IMG/VR virus record: IMGVR_UViG_3300028648_000084
Location: 17,532 to 81,531 of that record
Length of the DNA stretch: 64,000 bases
Reading direction: 5' to 3' (one strand)
Source of the DNA: a virus
This document shows, in pieces, positions 37,886-47,346 of the stretch (the first letter of the stretch is position 1; each line of letters starts with the position of its first letter). A program made the translations under genes and the position numbers. The notes beneath the pieces are model-generated. The model did not search any database. It worked only from the letters and a program-made list of their open reading frames with translations, and was not told the origin of the DNA.

Positions 37886-39931
37886 TCAGGCCTCGCCCTT
37901 GACCTTGATCGCGCCGCGCGGGTCTTGCTCGCGCACTCCGAAGTCGATGTAGGCGGCCCACGAGACGCCGAGCGTGTTTGCCGGAGTCGGCGTGCGCTCG
38001 ATCGTCGGCTGCTGCTTCCCGTTCAGGAAGACGATCTCGAACGCCGCCACGAGTCGCGGGTCGGCGAACAGATACCAAGCCTTCGCGCTGTTGCCCGAGT
38101 AGTAGGTGTCCGAGAGATGCGGCGCAACCGAGAGCACATACTTGCCGCGGTGCGGGTTGTCGACCGGCAGCTTCGTCTTCGCAGACGAGCCGTCGAGTTG
38201 GATCTGCGCCGAGCCCATGAGCACCTGCGCATCCGTCTCGACCTCGACCGGGACGAGCAATCGCGTCGGTCGGATGTTGATCGGCTTCTTGTCCTTTGCC
38301 TCAGTGCCGGGACCGACCTTGATCTTCTGGAAGCTCGCGCGTGCGAGGGAAAGCGAATCCACTCCGAACGCGGTGTCCGCGCCCGAGAGGAAGTTGGTGT
38401 TGCCGACACCGAAGAAGGTGCCGGGGTTCGAGAGGAGCAGTCGGAAGAACTCATCGTCGATCGTCGCTGCGCCATCCATGCCGACCTGACGAGGCAGATC
38501 GAGGAAGGCGCCGAGGTCGTCGTTGATCAGGTCCTGCCGAGTGAGCGTGAGCATGATGCCCCGCGTCTCGGCCTGGTTCTTGAAGGTCTGCTCGCTGAGC
38601 TGACCGTTCTTGAGTTCGCCATCCTGCGCTACCTTCTCCCAGCGGCCAGCGCCGAGCAGTCGCACGCGCGTGACCTCGCGGAAGTCCTTCACGCTTCCGA
38701 CGCGACATACGTCGAAGGCGACGACAGGCACCGCCTCGTACGCCTCGAGCATCGTCCGCTGCATCGTTCCTTCGAGGATCGTCGGCAGACTCAGAGTGGT
38801 GAACGCGGCCTGGATCGTCGCGGCACCGTCGCCGAAGACGCCCGGCACATGCTTGCCTTCGAGTCGAGCGCAGTTCGCGGCGAGCTCGCGGAGCCCGATC
38901 GATCGCAGCGGTGACGCGGAGTCGAGAGTCTGCTCGCCGAAGTCCTTGAGCAACCGCTTCTCGCTCACACCAGCGGAGAGACACGCGGCCGCCTCAAGCA
39001 CCTTCTGCGTGAGTGGGCCACGGCCAGCACCGATGTTCGGTGCGGCGAGGCCTGACGCAGGGCGCGCGGCACGGAGCACTTCGAGTTCGGTGCGCTCGGT
39101 GGACCAGCCTTCACCGATCGCCTTCGCTTCGAGCTCAGGGTGACCGGCACAGAGTGTGTGCAGTGCCGCGATCCGAGTTGCCTCGGCTGCTGCACGCGCG
39201 CGCATCTCTGCGACGGGGTCCGTTCCCGCGCCGGAAGAGGCCGTTGCATTCGCGGTTCCGGCCGCGTCAGCGGTGAGAGTCGGGTTCGCCGCAGTTGCGG
39301 TCGCCGTGTTGGTGTCGTCGTTGACGGTGCTCATGGTGTTGTCGTCCCTTCTGTCCTCTATGCCGTTTCTGTCCGCGTTGGCAGCGACACGCGCGGATGT
39401 GTCGTCGTCGGCGCCGAGCGCCACGAAACTCACTTCGTTCAAGGTCGAGGCGCGCACGATGTGCAGCGGTCCCTCGAAGGTGCGGCCGTTCGCCGAAGCG
39501 GTCTGGCCCTTCTTCACGAACTCGGTGCGCGTTGCACGCGCTCCGACACTCGCCTGCCATGGGAATCCGTTCCGGCTGCTCTCGACGATCTCGCTGGCGA
39601 CTCGGCCCGATCCGCTCACGAGTCCTGCGACTCGCAGTTGGCCCGCTTCGACACCCACGCTCTCGGTGTGGCCGACGATCATCGATTGCGAGTGGTCCTT
39701 GAGGATCGGTCGCGCGGCGCCGCGGATCGAGAGCCCAGCAAGGTCGATCACGACCGGCGCGTCCCATCCAGCGAGCACCATCGCGGCGCCGGTGTAGGCC
39801 ACCATCTCGAAGCGACGGAGCGCCTTCGCATCGGCGCCGTCACCAGCGCGTGCCTGAACATCGCTCCAGTGCTCGATCGGTGCGCTCATGCGCACCGCGC
39901 GGATCTCAGTTGTTGCGAGGGCCGAGGGCAT
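37886..39931 (-). CDS. Prohead protease-scaffold-major capsid fusion
   Basis: ILKDH...GH and EVSFV..GAD protease motifs, Ala/Thr-rich linker, Mu gpT-like capsid region (LINDDLGAF). Confidence 0.88.
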   Translation of the reverse strand: MPSALATTEIRAVRMSAPIEHWSDVQARAGDGADAKALRRFEMVAYTGAAMVLAGWDAPVVIDLAGLSIRGAARPILKDHSQSMIVGHTESVGVEAGQLRVAGLVSGSGRVASEIVESSRNGFPWQASVGARATRTEFVKKGQTASANGRTFEGPLHIVRASTLNEVSFVALGADDDTSARVAANADRNGIEDRRDDNTMSTVNDDTNTATATAANPTLTADAAGTANATASSGAGTDPVAEMRARAAAEATRIAALHTLCAGHPELEAKAIGEGWSTERTELEVLRAARPASGLAAPNIGAGRGPLTQKVLEAAACLSAGVSEKRLLKDFGEQTLDSASPLRSIGLRELAANCARLEGKHVPGVFGDGAATIQAAFTTLSLPTILEGTMQRTMLEAYEAVPVVAFDVCRVGSVKDFREVTRVRLLGAGRWEKVAQDGELKNGQLSEQTFKNQAETRGIMLTLTRQDLINDDLGAFLDLPRQVGMDGAATIDDEFFRLLLSNPGTFFGVGNTNFLSGADTAFGVDSLSLARASFQKIKVGPGTEAKDKKPINIRPTRLLVPVEVETDAQVLMGSAQIQLDGSSAKTKLPVDNPHRGKYVLSVAPHLSDTYYSGNSAKAWYLFADPRLVAAFEIVFLNGKQQPTIERTPTPANTLGVSWAAYIDFGVREQDPRGAIKVKGEA

Positions 39932-41411
39932 CGCTCTCCTCCGTGTCGGGTTCGTTGCTATCGCCGCGCGCCACTCCTGCGGCGCTCAGGGAAGAGAGGC
40001 CGAGCTCGTCCATGAGCGCGACCTCCTTCGCCCGCTGGCGGATCTGCTCCTCCCAGTCGAGGCCCTGGCGGGCGTACTCGGCTGCGAGAGTCGTTGTGTG
40101 TGAAGTCAGTCGCGTGGACTGCGCCGTTGCTTCCTTCGCAGGATCGACATGCTCGTGGCCATCCCAGAACCACGCGTGCGGCACATGCATCGCTTCACGC
40201 AGTTGTGCGGGCACGATTCCCAGCGCGCGCGCGGCTTCGCGCAACCACTCGCTCAGGATGCGATCAAGGACGCGGCACTCGAACTCGCTGCGCTCGACAC
40301 GGATCGCCTTGAAGTAGGTCTGGTGATCGAGGCGGCCGGAGGCGTAGTTGTAGGAAGCGCTGTTTCCTGCCGCGACATTGAACGGCATGTTCAGGCAACG
40401 CGCGATCTCGTTGAGGATCTCGCGCTTGAACTCGCCGTAAGTCGTCGACGGCTGCTTGGCGTCGACCTGCCCCATCTTCCAGCCCGCAGGCATGGTGACG
40501 AGAGCGCGGCTCTCGAGTTCGACTGTGTCCATCGGTTCGATGGACTCGGCCTCGCCTGCTGCGGGAGCGTCTGTGTAGAGGATGCCCGCGAAGTCGGCGG
40601 CAGTCTCGGCGGCGCCGAGCACCGCGAGTGTGTATCGACGGAGCTGCGCGAAGAGTGGGAGCGCGGGCGTGATCTCTGGAATGCCTCGCGACTGCCCCGG
40701 ACGGTCGACGCGATAGACATGCACCATCCCTGAGGCTGGCACGCGATCGAACTCGCTGACTCCGGGGGGAAGGCCGAAGAGCGCGCCGGGATGTGCACGC
40801 AGCACATGGAAGAAGGTCGGGTTGCCGTACTCATCGGACTCGATGCCGTCGACGGCAGAGTTGTTCGGGAGCTGCCAGAGACGCATCGAGGGAGTCGTGA
40901 CCTGGTCGGCCTCGATGAGCCGCAGATCGAGCATGACCTCGCTCTGGACCTCGGGATTCGTGGTGAGCAGCGCGAACGCTTCGCCATCGACGGCCTTCGC
41001 CATCCGCATTGTGCGGAGCTTTCCGGCGAGATCGATCGCGCGCGCCCACTGCATGAACGCCGCTTCGATCGCAGCGTTGGCGGCCGGATTGTCAGTCAGC
41101 ATCTGAAGCCGGGGGCCGGTTCCGACGCAGTCGTTCGCAAGCGTCGAGACGATTCCCTTCGCGTACGAGTTGTTCGCGGCTTCGTAGCGCGAGCGCGCAC
41201 GCAGGACGCGCCGCACTTCAGGTGTCGCTGCGGCATCAGCAGAGAGATGATCGGCCTCGGCCCAGTGACGACGGTTCTCGTCAGTCGTCTTCGCCGCATC
41301 GAAGCCCGCGCGAAGGATCACGCGGTGTCGGCCAGATGTGCCGGGGGCAGAAGTGGCACGCGCGCGGTCAGTGCCCGCGAGCCGACCGAGCATGGTCAGG
41401 AAGAAGCCCAT
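39906..41411 (-). CDS. Lambda-family portal protein
   Basis: LRARSRYEAANNSYAKG, RPGQSRGIP, NYASGRLD motifs. Confidence 0.92.
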   Translation of the reverse strand: MGFFLTMLGRLAGTDRARATSAPGTSGRHRVILRAGFDAAKTTDENRRHWAEADHLSADAAATPEVRRVLRARSRYEAANNSYAKGIVSTLANDCVGTGPRLQMLTDNPAANAAIEAAFMQWARAIDLAGKLRTMRMAKAVDGEAFALLTTNPEVQSEVMLDLRLIEADQVTTPSMRLWQLPNNSAVDGIESDEYGNPTFFHVLRAHPGALFGLPPGVSEFDRVPASGMVHVYRVDRPGQSRGIPEITPALPLFAQLRRYTLAVLGAAETAADFAGILYTDAPAAGEAESIEPMDTVELESRALVTMPAGWKMGQVDAKQPSTTYGEFKREILNEIARCLNMPFNVAAGNSASYNYASGRLDHQTYFKAIRVERSEFECRVLDRILSEWLREAARALGIVPAQLREAMHVPHAWFWDGHEHVDPAKEATAQSTRLTSHTTTLAAEYARQGLDWEEQIRQRAKEVALMDELGLSSLSAAGVARGDSNEPDTEESDALGPRNN

Positions 41412-41611
41412 CAGCCAGCCGCTCCTGGCGGCACCAGCTTCGTGAAGCGCAGCGCCCTGCGGGGATTTTCCGCGGCTTCTTTCGACGCGAGATACCGATC
41501 GGCATCGATCAGCTCGCCAAGCGGCTGCTGTTCGACCGCACCCGTCTCATTCGAGGCGCGTGCGGGCCCAGCGGCTGCGTCACGGATCTTCTGTTCGAGA
41601 TCTTCGGCCAC
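41411..41611 (-). CDS. gpW-like head completion protein
   Basis: 66 aa, between terminase and portal genes, TGATG-coupled to the portal gene. Confidence 0.65.
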   Translation of the reverse strand: MAEDLEQKIRDAAAGPARASNETGAVEQQPLGELIDADRYLASKEAAENPRRALRFTKLVPPGAAG

Positions 41612-41653
41612 GACGACTCCCGTCGCGGCCGTGTCGCGCGAATACGCGGGGCC

Positions 41654-41695
41654 GCTACCTGGGATGTACGCCGTGGTTCGGCGCGCTGTCCGCTC
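41654..41695 (-). promoter_or_regulatory. Conserved 42-bp motif, copy a (ECF-like promoter, head/tail operon)
   Basis: CGGACA-N16-CGTACATCCCAG(G/A)TAGC, also present at 55549 and 62276. Confidence 0.7.
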
Positions 41696-41718
41696 CTGTC
41701 ACGAGTGGCAGCAGATCG

Positions 41719-42210
41719 TTACACCGGTAGACATGCGATCCGAGATGTGATGTCCAGAACGAGGGGCTCGTCGAGGACACTCCGCCTCATGTGGAACCGG
41801 TGCGAGTTCGTGTGCGCAGTGAATCTCGCTCTCGCCGCAACGACGGCAACGGGAATCTGGGCGGCGTAGTCCACAGAGAAGTCGGGTCGGAACACAACGG
41901 CCACCAGAAAGTGAAATGGCATCGTGTCGAGCCTTCGAATCGCACTCAGCTCGGTCGATGGGTTCTGCGGCGTCAGTCGGCGCCCCTTGATCTGGTAGCG
42001 CTGACCCTCCGCATCGGTGGCGTCATGGCCAGCTCGCGAGTTAGGTGCCCGCTCAAGGCCGAGCCCCAGGCAGACCAGATGCTCGGTGTAGTCGGCGACC
42101 GGGTTGTTTGAACTGCGAGTCACCCCTCTCCTTCGGAGCGCTTCGACGATATCCGCGTACTGAGCGAGCAACTGGCGCACGGGGAGTGTGTCAAGGTCGC
42201 CGGCTGGCAT
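41719..42210 (-). CDS. DUF6998-like protein, PD-(D/E)xK nuclease fold candidate
   Basis: NNPVADYTEHLV...GHDA...RYQIKGRR; start placed at ATG 42210. Confidence 0.6.
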   Translation of the reverse strand: MPAGDLDTLPVRQLLAQYADIVEALRRRGVTRSSNNPVADYTEHLVCLGLGLERAPNSRAGHDATDAEGQRYQIKGRRLTPQNPSTELSAIRRLDTMPFHFLVAVVFRPDFSVDYAAQIPVAVVAARARFTAHTNSHRFHMRRSVLDEPLVLDITSRIACLPV

Positions 42211-42224
42211 GCGTCGGGACCAGC

Positions 42225-42422
42225 CTATCCGCGGCTGGCCGCCGCTCCCGCGTACTCGGTGGTCGTGATCCGCTTGCCGCAGTTCCGACATTCGCGCCGT
42301 CTGATCAGCCTGCCACCCCAGGCCGAGCGCGTGTAGATCACGCGCCAGTGCCCGCACCCGCACTTGGGACAACGAATGCCGCGATCGCCCTTCACCGTCT
42401 CTTTCGCTTGGCGCTGGTTCAT
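42225..42422 (-). CDS. Small zinc-ribbon protein (Ogr/NrdR-like)
   Basis: CPKCG...RRRECRNCGKRITT; ATGA-coupled to the terminase large subunit gene. Confidence 0.75.
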   Translation of the reverse strand: MNQRQAKETVKGDRGIRCPKCGCGHWRVIYTRSAWGGRLIRRRECRNCGKRITTTEYAGAAASRG

Positions 42423-44722
42423 CGATCCCTCCGGATCGCGGACAGCTTCAGGCGCGGCCGCTTCGCAGGCATCGACGCGCCGGTCCCGAAGAGCACCGCA
42501 CCTTCCATTGATGCCGCGACCGCAGTGCCGACTGCGCAGTCGAACCAGTGGTTGTCGAGACCATCGACTCGCATCTTCCATTCATCAACCGTGCGACCAC
42601 GACCTTCGGTTCGTACTCGGTACTCGGAGAGCAGGTGGTCGGCCAGGAGTCGGTGCAGCATGGGACCGCGACCGTAAAGCGACAGGTTGCCCGGATCGCC
42701 CATCGGCACCGCGAGGCGCGCGTGAATGAAGCTCTTCCAGTAGTTCGTATCGAACACGACATGCCGTACGGCGCGGCGCCCCGTGATCGTCGGCACGCGC
42801 CAGTTGAGGCCGACACGGTCGCCACGCTTCCGCCGATACTCACTGAACGGAATGCTGGAGGCGCCGACATAGCGACCGTGACTCGGCATCACGATGCCCG
42901 CGTGCGAACTCTGCCTGCAGAACTGATACACGACATCGGTCGATGCGCCCCAGTTCGCGTCGATGAGGCATCGGTCGATGCGGACCATCGCGCCGTCGTC
43001 ACGGCGCCATTCGCGGCCGACAGTCGATTCGATCAGGCGTTCGAGCCCGGCGTAGACAGCGCCCTCGAGGCCGGCGCGAGGTGCGATGTCGGCGAGCGTG
43101 AACCTGAGGTCGCGCAGAGTGAAGTGGGCGCCGGGTGCCACCTTCTGATCCGGCTCGGTGCCGTAGTCGACGAGGTAGCCGGTGAAGTCGTCCTCCCACG
43201 CAGCGACCATCCAGAAGAGCGCCTTACCCTGGACGTCGACAAACATCGTGAGTCGAGTGCATCCGATCGGCACTTCTCGTCGCGCGTGACCGTTCGTCTT
43301 CGCCGCGATCTCGTCCGCAGTGAGCAGGTCGTCGTCGATCGCGTTGGTCTCAGGCAGCGGTTCGTTCTGATACTCGGCCCAGAAGGCTGCTTCACCTTGA
43401 AGGCGCAGGTTCATCGCGTGCTGGATGGCTGACGCTTCGTCGTGGTTGAAGCGCTCGGGCCAGGCGATCACGGCGCCTTCATCCATCGCGAGCTGGTTCT
43501 CGCGATAGAACGCGGTCGCACCGACGATGCCAGCGTCAGCGCGAAGACCAGCAGCACGCAGCTCCGCGTAGCGCGACCACATCGCTTCGTTTGTCGGGAA
43601 CGAATACACCATCTTCGTCCGCTCGCCCTGCCATGCGGGATGCTTGTCGCGATCGAGTAGACGGTCGGCCAGGTCGTCAGGACGCACGACCGTGAGCGTC
43701 ATGAGTCCCGCGATCTTCTTGCCGGGACCGGCGAGCCCAAGGATCGCCCCGGAGAGGATTCGCTCGCGCGTCTCGCATTGCGACGGACTTCGTGCCGATT
43801 CGTCGGTCTGCGGATCGTCGATGAGAACGAGCGACGGCCGCACCGCGCCTCCGTCAGGTCGTTTGTACTTCATCCCACGCACGCGACCAGTGATTCCGGC
43901 GACACGGATGATGCCCCCAGCAGCGCTCGAGCCTTCGATCGTCGGGAGCACGAGCTCACGTGCGGTCCAGCCGATGTGTGTCTGCTTGCCCCGGAAGAGT
44001 TGGCCTGACGCGCGTTGGTGGATTCCCTCGAGCTTGCGAATTGGGAAGCAGACTTCGGGGAAGTCGCCGAGCAGGAGATCGCTGTTCTCGAGTTCGGCCT
44101 TGATCGAGTCGAGCATGTTCGCGGCGTGGTCCTCGTCGCTGCCGATCAGGGCCACGAACGCGCGATGCCCGTAGAGGAGCGCCCAGAGACATGCCGTTTC
44201 GCAGAGCGAGGTCTTTCCGCTCCCGCGCGGCATCGCCATCGCAAAGAGTCCACCATCGAGCACAGCGGTCTCGATCTTCGCGATCACCTTCAGGTGGTCC
44301 GGCGACCACTTGAGGTGGAATGTCTGCGGCAGATATCGCTCGCAGAAGCCACGGAAGTTGCGCTCGCAGTCGTTCCGGCGCGTTGCATTCTGAACCGCGG
44401 GCAGTTCACCGATGTCGCGGCCCGAGATCGACTCGAGCGATGCGCGGAGCCGCATTCGATCGCGGTGCGCTTCGTAGCCCGCCCCGGCCCCGGAAGTGAC
44501 GGAGCCGTCACCTGCTTCCGGGGGAGCGTGGCGCTGATCGAAGAGCCATGCGAGATAGCGCAGCAGATTGATGCGCTGCGGATCACCGTCGGCTGCGATG
44601 CGAAGCCCCGCGCGGTTTCGGTGCCGGTGGAACTGGCGCTCACCAAGGCACTCGCCGAGCGGGGTCGAGTTGAGCAGGCGACAGAGTTCGCCCGCGCGCA
44701 GGCGTCTGACATCAGTTGCCAC
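42419..44722 (-). CDS. Terminase large subunit (gpA family) with N-terminal DNA-binding extension
   Basis: MPRGSGKT Walker A, LIDDPQTD Walker B, DNHWFDC nuclease end; start placed at GTG 44722. Confidence 0.9.
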   Translation of the reverse strand: MATDVRRLRAGELCRLLNSTPLGECLGERQFHRHRNRAGLRIAADGDPQRINLLRYLAWLFDQRHAPPEAGDGSVTSGAGAGYEAHRDRMRLRASLESISGRDIGELPAVQNATRRNDCERNFRGFCERYLPQTFHLKWSPDHLKVIAKIETAVLDGGLFAMAMPRGSGKTSLCETACLWALLYGHRAFVALIGSDEDHAANMLDSIKAELENSDLLLGDFPEVCFPIRKLEGIHQRASGQLFRGKQTHIGWTARELVLPTIEGSSAAGGIIRVAGITGRVRGMKYKRPDGGAVRPSLVLIDDPQTDESARSPSQCETRERILSGAILGLAGPGKKIAGLMTLTVVRPDDLADRLLDRDKHPAWQGERTKMVYSFPTNEAMWSRYAELRAAGLRADAGIVGATAFYRENQLAMDEGAVIAWPERFNHDEASAIQHAMNLRLQGEAAFWAEYQNEPLPETNAIDDDLLTADEIAAKTNGHARREVPIGCTRLTMFVDVQGKALFWMVAAWEDDFTGYLVDYGTEPDQKVAPGAHFTLRDLRFTLADIAPRAGLEGAVYAGLERLIESTVGREWRRDDGAMVRIDRCLIDANWGASTDVVYQFCRQSSHAGIVMPSHGRYVGASSIPFSEYRRKRGDRVGLNWRVPTITGRRAVRHVVFDTNYWKSFIHARLAVPMGDPGNLSLYGRGPMLHRLLADHLLSEYRVRTEGRGRTVDEWKMRVDGLDNHWFDCAVGTAVAASMEGAVLFGTGASMPAKRPRLKLSAIRRDR

Positions 44723-44930
44723 GAGCGGCCTCCGATGCAAGCACCTGGCGCACGAGCCACGCGCCGTAGTGCACGAGGTTGAGCGAGCCGTCGCGATTCG
44801 TCGGCGCACCGATGTCGATGTCTGCGCGGACGCGCTCGGCGCTTGCATGCTGCGAGCCGGAGGCGCGCAACAGCCGCACGAGGTCATCGATGTCAAGTGC
44901 GGCCGGGCTCTTCTTCGGCGTGTCGGTCAT
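44712..44930 (-). CDS. Small terminase-like DNA-binding protein
   Basis: 72 aa immediately upstream of the large subunit; L.RLL...NL..Y.AWL pattern. Confidence 0.6.
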   Translation of the reverse strand: MTDTPKKSPAALDIDDLVRLLRASGSQHASAERVRADIDIGAPTNRDGSLNLVHYGAWLVRQVLASEAARGN

Positions 44931-45000
44931 GCAGTGTTCCTTCGCCACGGTTCGGCCAGTTCGCAGCGAGTCGCCATGAACACCTCGGACCTTCCGCCAA

Positions 45001-45034
45001 GGGGGCGCGTGGGGGGCGTGGGGGGCGCGGGGGG
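45001..45034 (+). other. G-quadruplex-forming motif G5-N5-G6-N3-G6-N3-G6
   Basis: Read directly from the sequence; intergenic between divergent operons. Confidence 0.65.
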
Positions 45035-45185
45035 CGTTCCGGTGGCGAAACATCTGCGGCATTCCGGCGAGGTGTTCGCCCAGTTGCCTTGATGGGTTGG
45101 CGATGTCATGCCCTCATGTCGCCAACGCGATCGAGATGCCCGAACGACGAGGCGCGAACGCGAGGAACGAACGAAGGACAACGCC

Positions 45186-45479
45186 ATGGCGCAGATCAAC
45201 GAAACCACGCGATTCGAAGCCGAACACGCCAAGCGCCAGTTCGCAGCGCTCGAAGCCGATGCACGCAAGCGATGCGAGGACGCGATCGACGCCGCTCGAC
45301 GAGACCTGCACGAAGCCGCATGCGCGCTGCAGGCAGGTCGAATGCCAAACACCTGCGGCATCCTCCAGACGCGCGCCACCGAGGTCGAGATGGCGATCGG
45401 AGCGCTCGCAGCGACGCGAGAGGCAGCCCGCCACTTCAACCTTCTCGCCGAGGCCTTCGACGCCGCCGCAAAGGCCTGA
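45186..45479 (+). CDS. Hypothetical protein, counter-oriented small-gene cluster
   Basis: AAGGA Shine-Dalgarno then ATG 45186; helical 97-aa product. Confidence 0.6.
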   Translation: MAQINETTRFEAEHAKRQFAALEADARKRCEDAIDAARRDLHEAACALQAGRMPNTCGILQTRATEVEMAIGALAATREAARHFNLLAEAFDAAAKA

Positions 45480-45509
45480 CGCCACGCACCACGAACCAAG
45501 GAGAACGCC

Positions 45510-45770
45510 ATGACGTCCGTACCCACCACAGCACGCGAGGCGATGACCGCGAAACAGAACGACATCGCACGCTTGATCGATGTGCTGCAAATGGAACTCG
45601 CGAAGCACGCCGAGCGCGCGAGCGCCGCGCCGAACAACTGGGGCTTCCCCGGCAACCTCGGCAAGGTCCGCAGCGACCTGATCGACACCGTCGCATTCAT
45701 CAGCGGCATGGGCCGCGAAGAGATCGAGGCCTTCCTCGATGACGCGGATGCCGCAGCAGACGCGAACTGA
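45510..45770 (+). CDS. Hypothetical protein
   Basis: AAGGAG Shine-Dalgarno; acidic helical 86-aa product. Confidence 0.7.
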   Translation: MTSVPTTAREAMTAKQNDIARLIDVLQMELAKHAERASAAPNNWGFPGNLGKVRSDLIDTVAFISGMGREEIEAFLDDADAAADAN

Positions 45771-45778
45771 GGACCACC

Positions 45779-45988
45779 ATGAAGACGCCACCCACCGATG
45801 CCATTCGAGACGCCGCGATCCGCGAGATCGCCAAGCGAGAACTCTTCATCGAGACGCTGGAGCGCCGCATGCGCGACAGCCTCGACTTCCACGATGTCTC
45901 CGTCTGGGGCGTGGAGGCGGCACTGATGGCCGCCTACGAGGCCGGGCGTGCGGCCGAACGAAAGCAACGCACCAAGTCCGGGCGCTGA
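45779..45988 (+). CDS. DUF6900-like small protein
   Basis: IETLERRMRDSLDFHDVSVWGVEAALMAAYEAG signature. Confidence 0.75.
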   Translation: MKTPPTDAIRDAAIREIAKRELFIETLERRMRDSLDFHDVSVWGVEAALMAAYEAGRAAERKQRTKSGR

Positions 45989-46000
45989 GGAAACACCACG

Positions 46001-46855
46001 ATGCCACGACTTCGATTCAAAGACCCGGCGCTCGTCCTGCGCCTCGTCGAAGCAGCGATCACGAGCGGCAAGCCGCTGATGCTCGCGCACGACCACGGCG
46101 TTTACCTCTGCCACGACGACATCAAGCATCCGGCGCCCGGCACCGGGTGCATCTGCGCGTTCGTCGACGGCATGGAGCCCGAGGTCGATCCCGAAGCGTT
46201 TGAGACTGCAAACGCGTTCGTCGGCTTTGACGACTTCGGCGAACTCATCCCGCTGACCGCGCGCGACCAGCCGCTGCTTGACGATTTGAAGCGCGGCCAC
46301 GAACTCGTCATCGGGTTCAGCAAGACGCGAGTCACGATCAACACGCTCGCGCCATGTGCGAAGCGTCCACCAACTCCAGCCGCACGCGGGCGCGGTGCCG
46401 AGTCTCACCCAACAGCCCGCATGAAGGACAGCAACGTGAAGACAGCCACGAAGAAGACGAAGAGCACGAAGTCCGCGAGCAAGAAGAGCACCACGAAGGC
46501 CGCGGCAGGCGGCGCGAAGCTGCGCAAGGCCGCGATGGCCGAGATCGGCGAACGCATCGCAAAGCTCGATGGCGCGCCGACGAAGGCAACGAAGACGGCG
46601 CGGCAGCCAAAGCCGAAGCGCACGAGCGCGCTCGATGCGGCTGCGCAGGTGCTGGCCGGTGCCAAGGAGCCGATGACTGCAGGTGCCCTGATCACCGCGA
46701 TGGCCGAGCGCGAACTCTGGACGAGCCCGGGCGGCAAGACGCCGCACGCAACTCTCTACGCCGCGATCGTCCGAGAGATCAAGGTGAAGGGCACGGACGC
46801 GCGATTCACCAAGACAGACCGCGGACTCTTCGCCTTCAACGGAAAGGCGGGCTGA
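46001..46855 (+). CDS. DUF3085-like domain fused to a Lys-rich linker and HARE-HTH winged helix
   Basis: HDHGVYL...DDFGE N-terminal domain; WTSPGGKTPHATLYAAIVREI...ARFTKTDRGLF C-terminal domain. Confidence 0.7.
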   Translation: MPRLRFKDPALVLRLVEAAITSGKPLMLAHDHGVYLCHDDIKHPAPGTGCICAFVDGMEPEVDPEAFETANAFVGFDDFGELIPLTARDQPLLDDLKRGHELVIGFSKTRVTINTLAPCAKRPPTPAARGRGAESHPTARMKDSNVKTATKKTKSTKSASKKSTTKAAAGGAKLRKAAMAEIGERIAKLDGAPTKATKTARQPKPKRTSALDAAAQVLAGAKEPMTAGALITAMAERELWTSPGGKTPHATLYAAIVREIKVKGTDARFTKTDRGLFAFNGKAG

Positions 46856-46876
46856 CTGTTGCGCACCGAGAACGCC

Positions 46877-47335
46877 ATGCAGATGCTCCTCGCGGCTGCG
46901 ACCGAACTCGCCGAGGCGCGGCGGCACGATTCGGAAACGGCGGAGGAGTGGGACGCACTCGAGCGTGCGATCACCTTCGCGGAGGAGACGGGACCGCCGA
47001 CCTACGAGTTCGATGGCGACATGTTCATCCGCAGGTCGCGTGACCGAAACGGCGAGTCCGACATCGACGTCTGCGACATCGAGGACATCGAGCAGGTCGC
47101 CATCGCGATCACAGATGACGCCGACCCGCACGGCAATGGCTGGTTCGTCGTCGACGAACTCGTCGCGCCCTCGGGCCGCACATGGACGCGATGCCTGGTG
47201 GCGGTCGAGTTCATGAAGCGCGCAGGGCTTCTGCATGAGCGCGGGATCGACCTTCGCCTCTCGAGGATGCCATCCTTCAGCATCGACGCCGCGACCGCCG
47301 CGTTCAGACGCGAGGCCGGACTGCCAGCGGTCTGA
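46877..47335 (+). CDS. Acidic hypothetical protein
   Basis: ATG at 46877 after GAGAACGCC; last gene of the cluster. Confidence 0.6.
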   Translation: MQMLLAAATELAEARRHDSETAEEWDALERAITFAEETGPPTYEFDGDMFIRRSRDRNGESDIDVCDIEDIEQVAIAITDDADPHGNGWFVVDELVAPSGRTWTRCLVAVEFMKRAGLLHERGIDLRLSRMPSFSIDAATAAFRREAGLPAV

Positions 47336-47346
47336 CGCGATCACGA

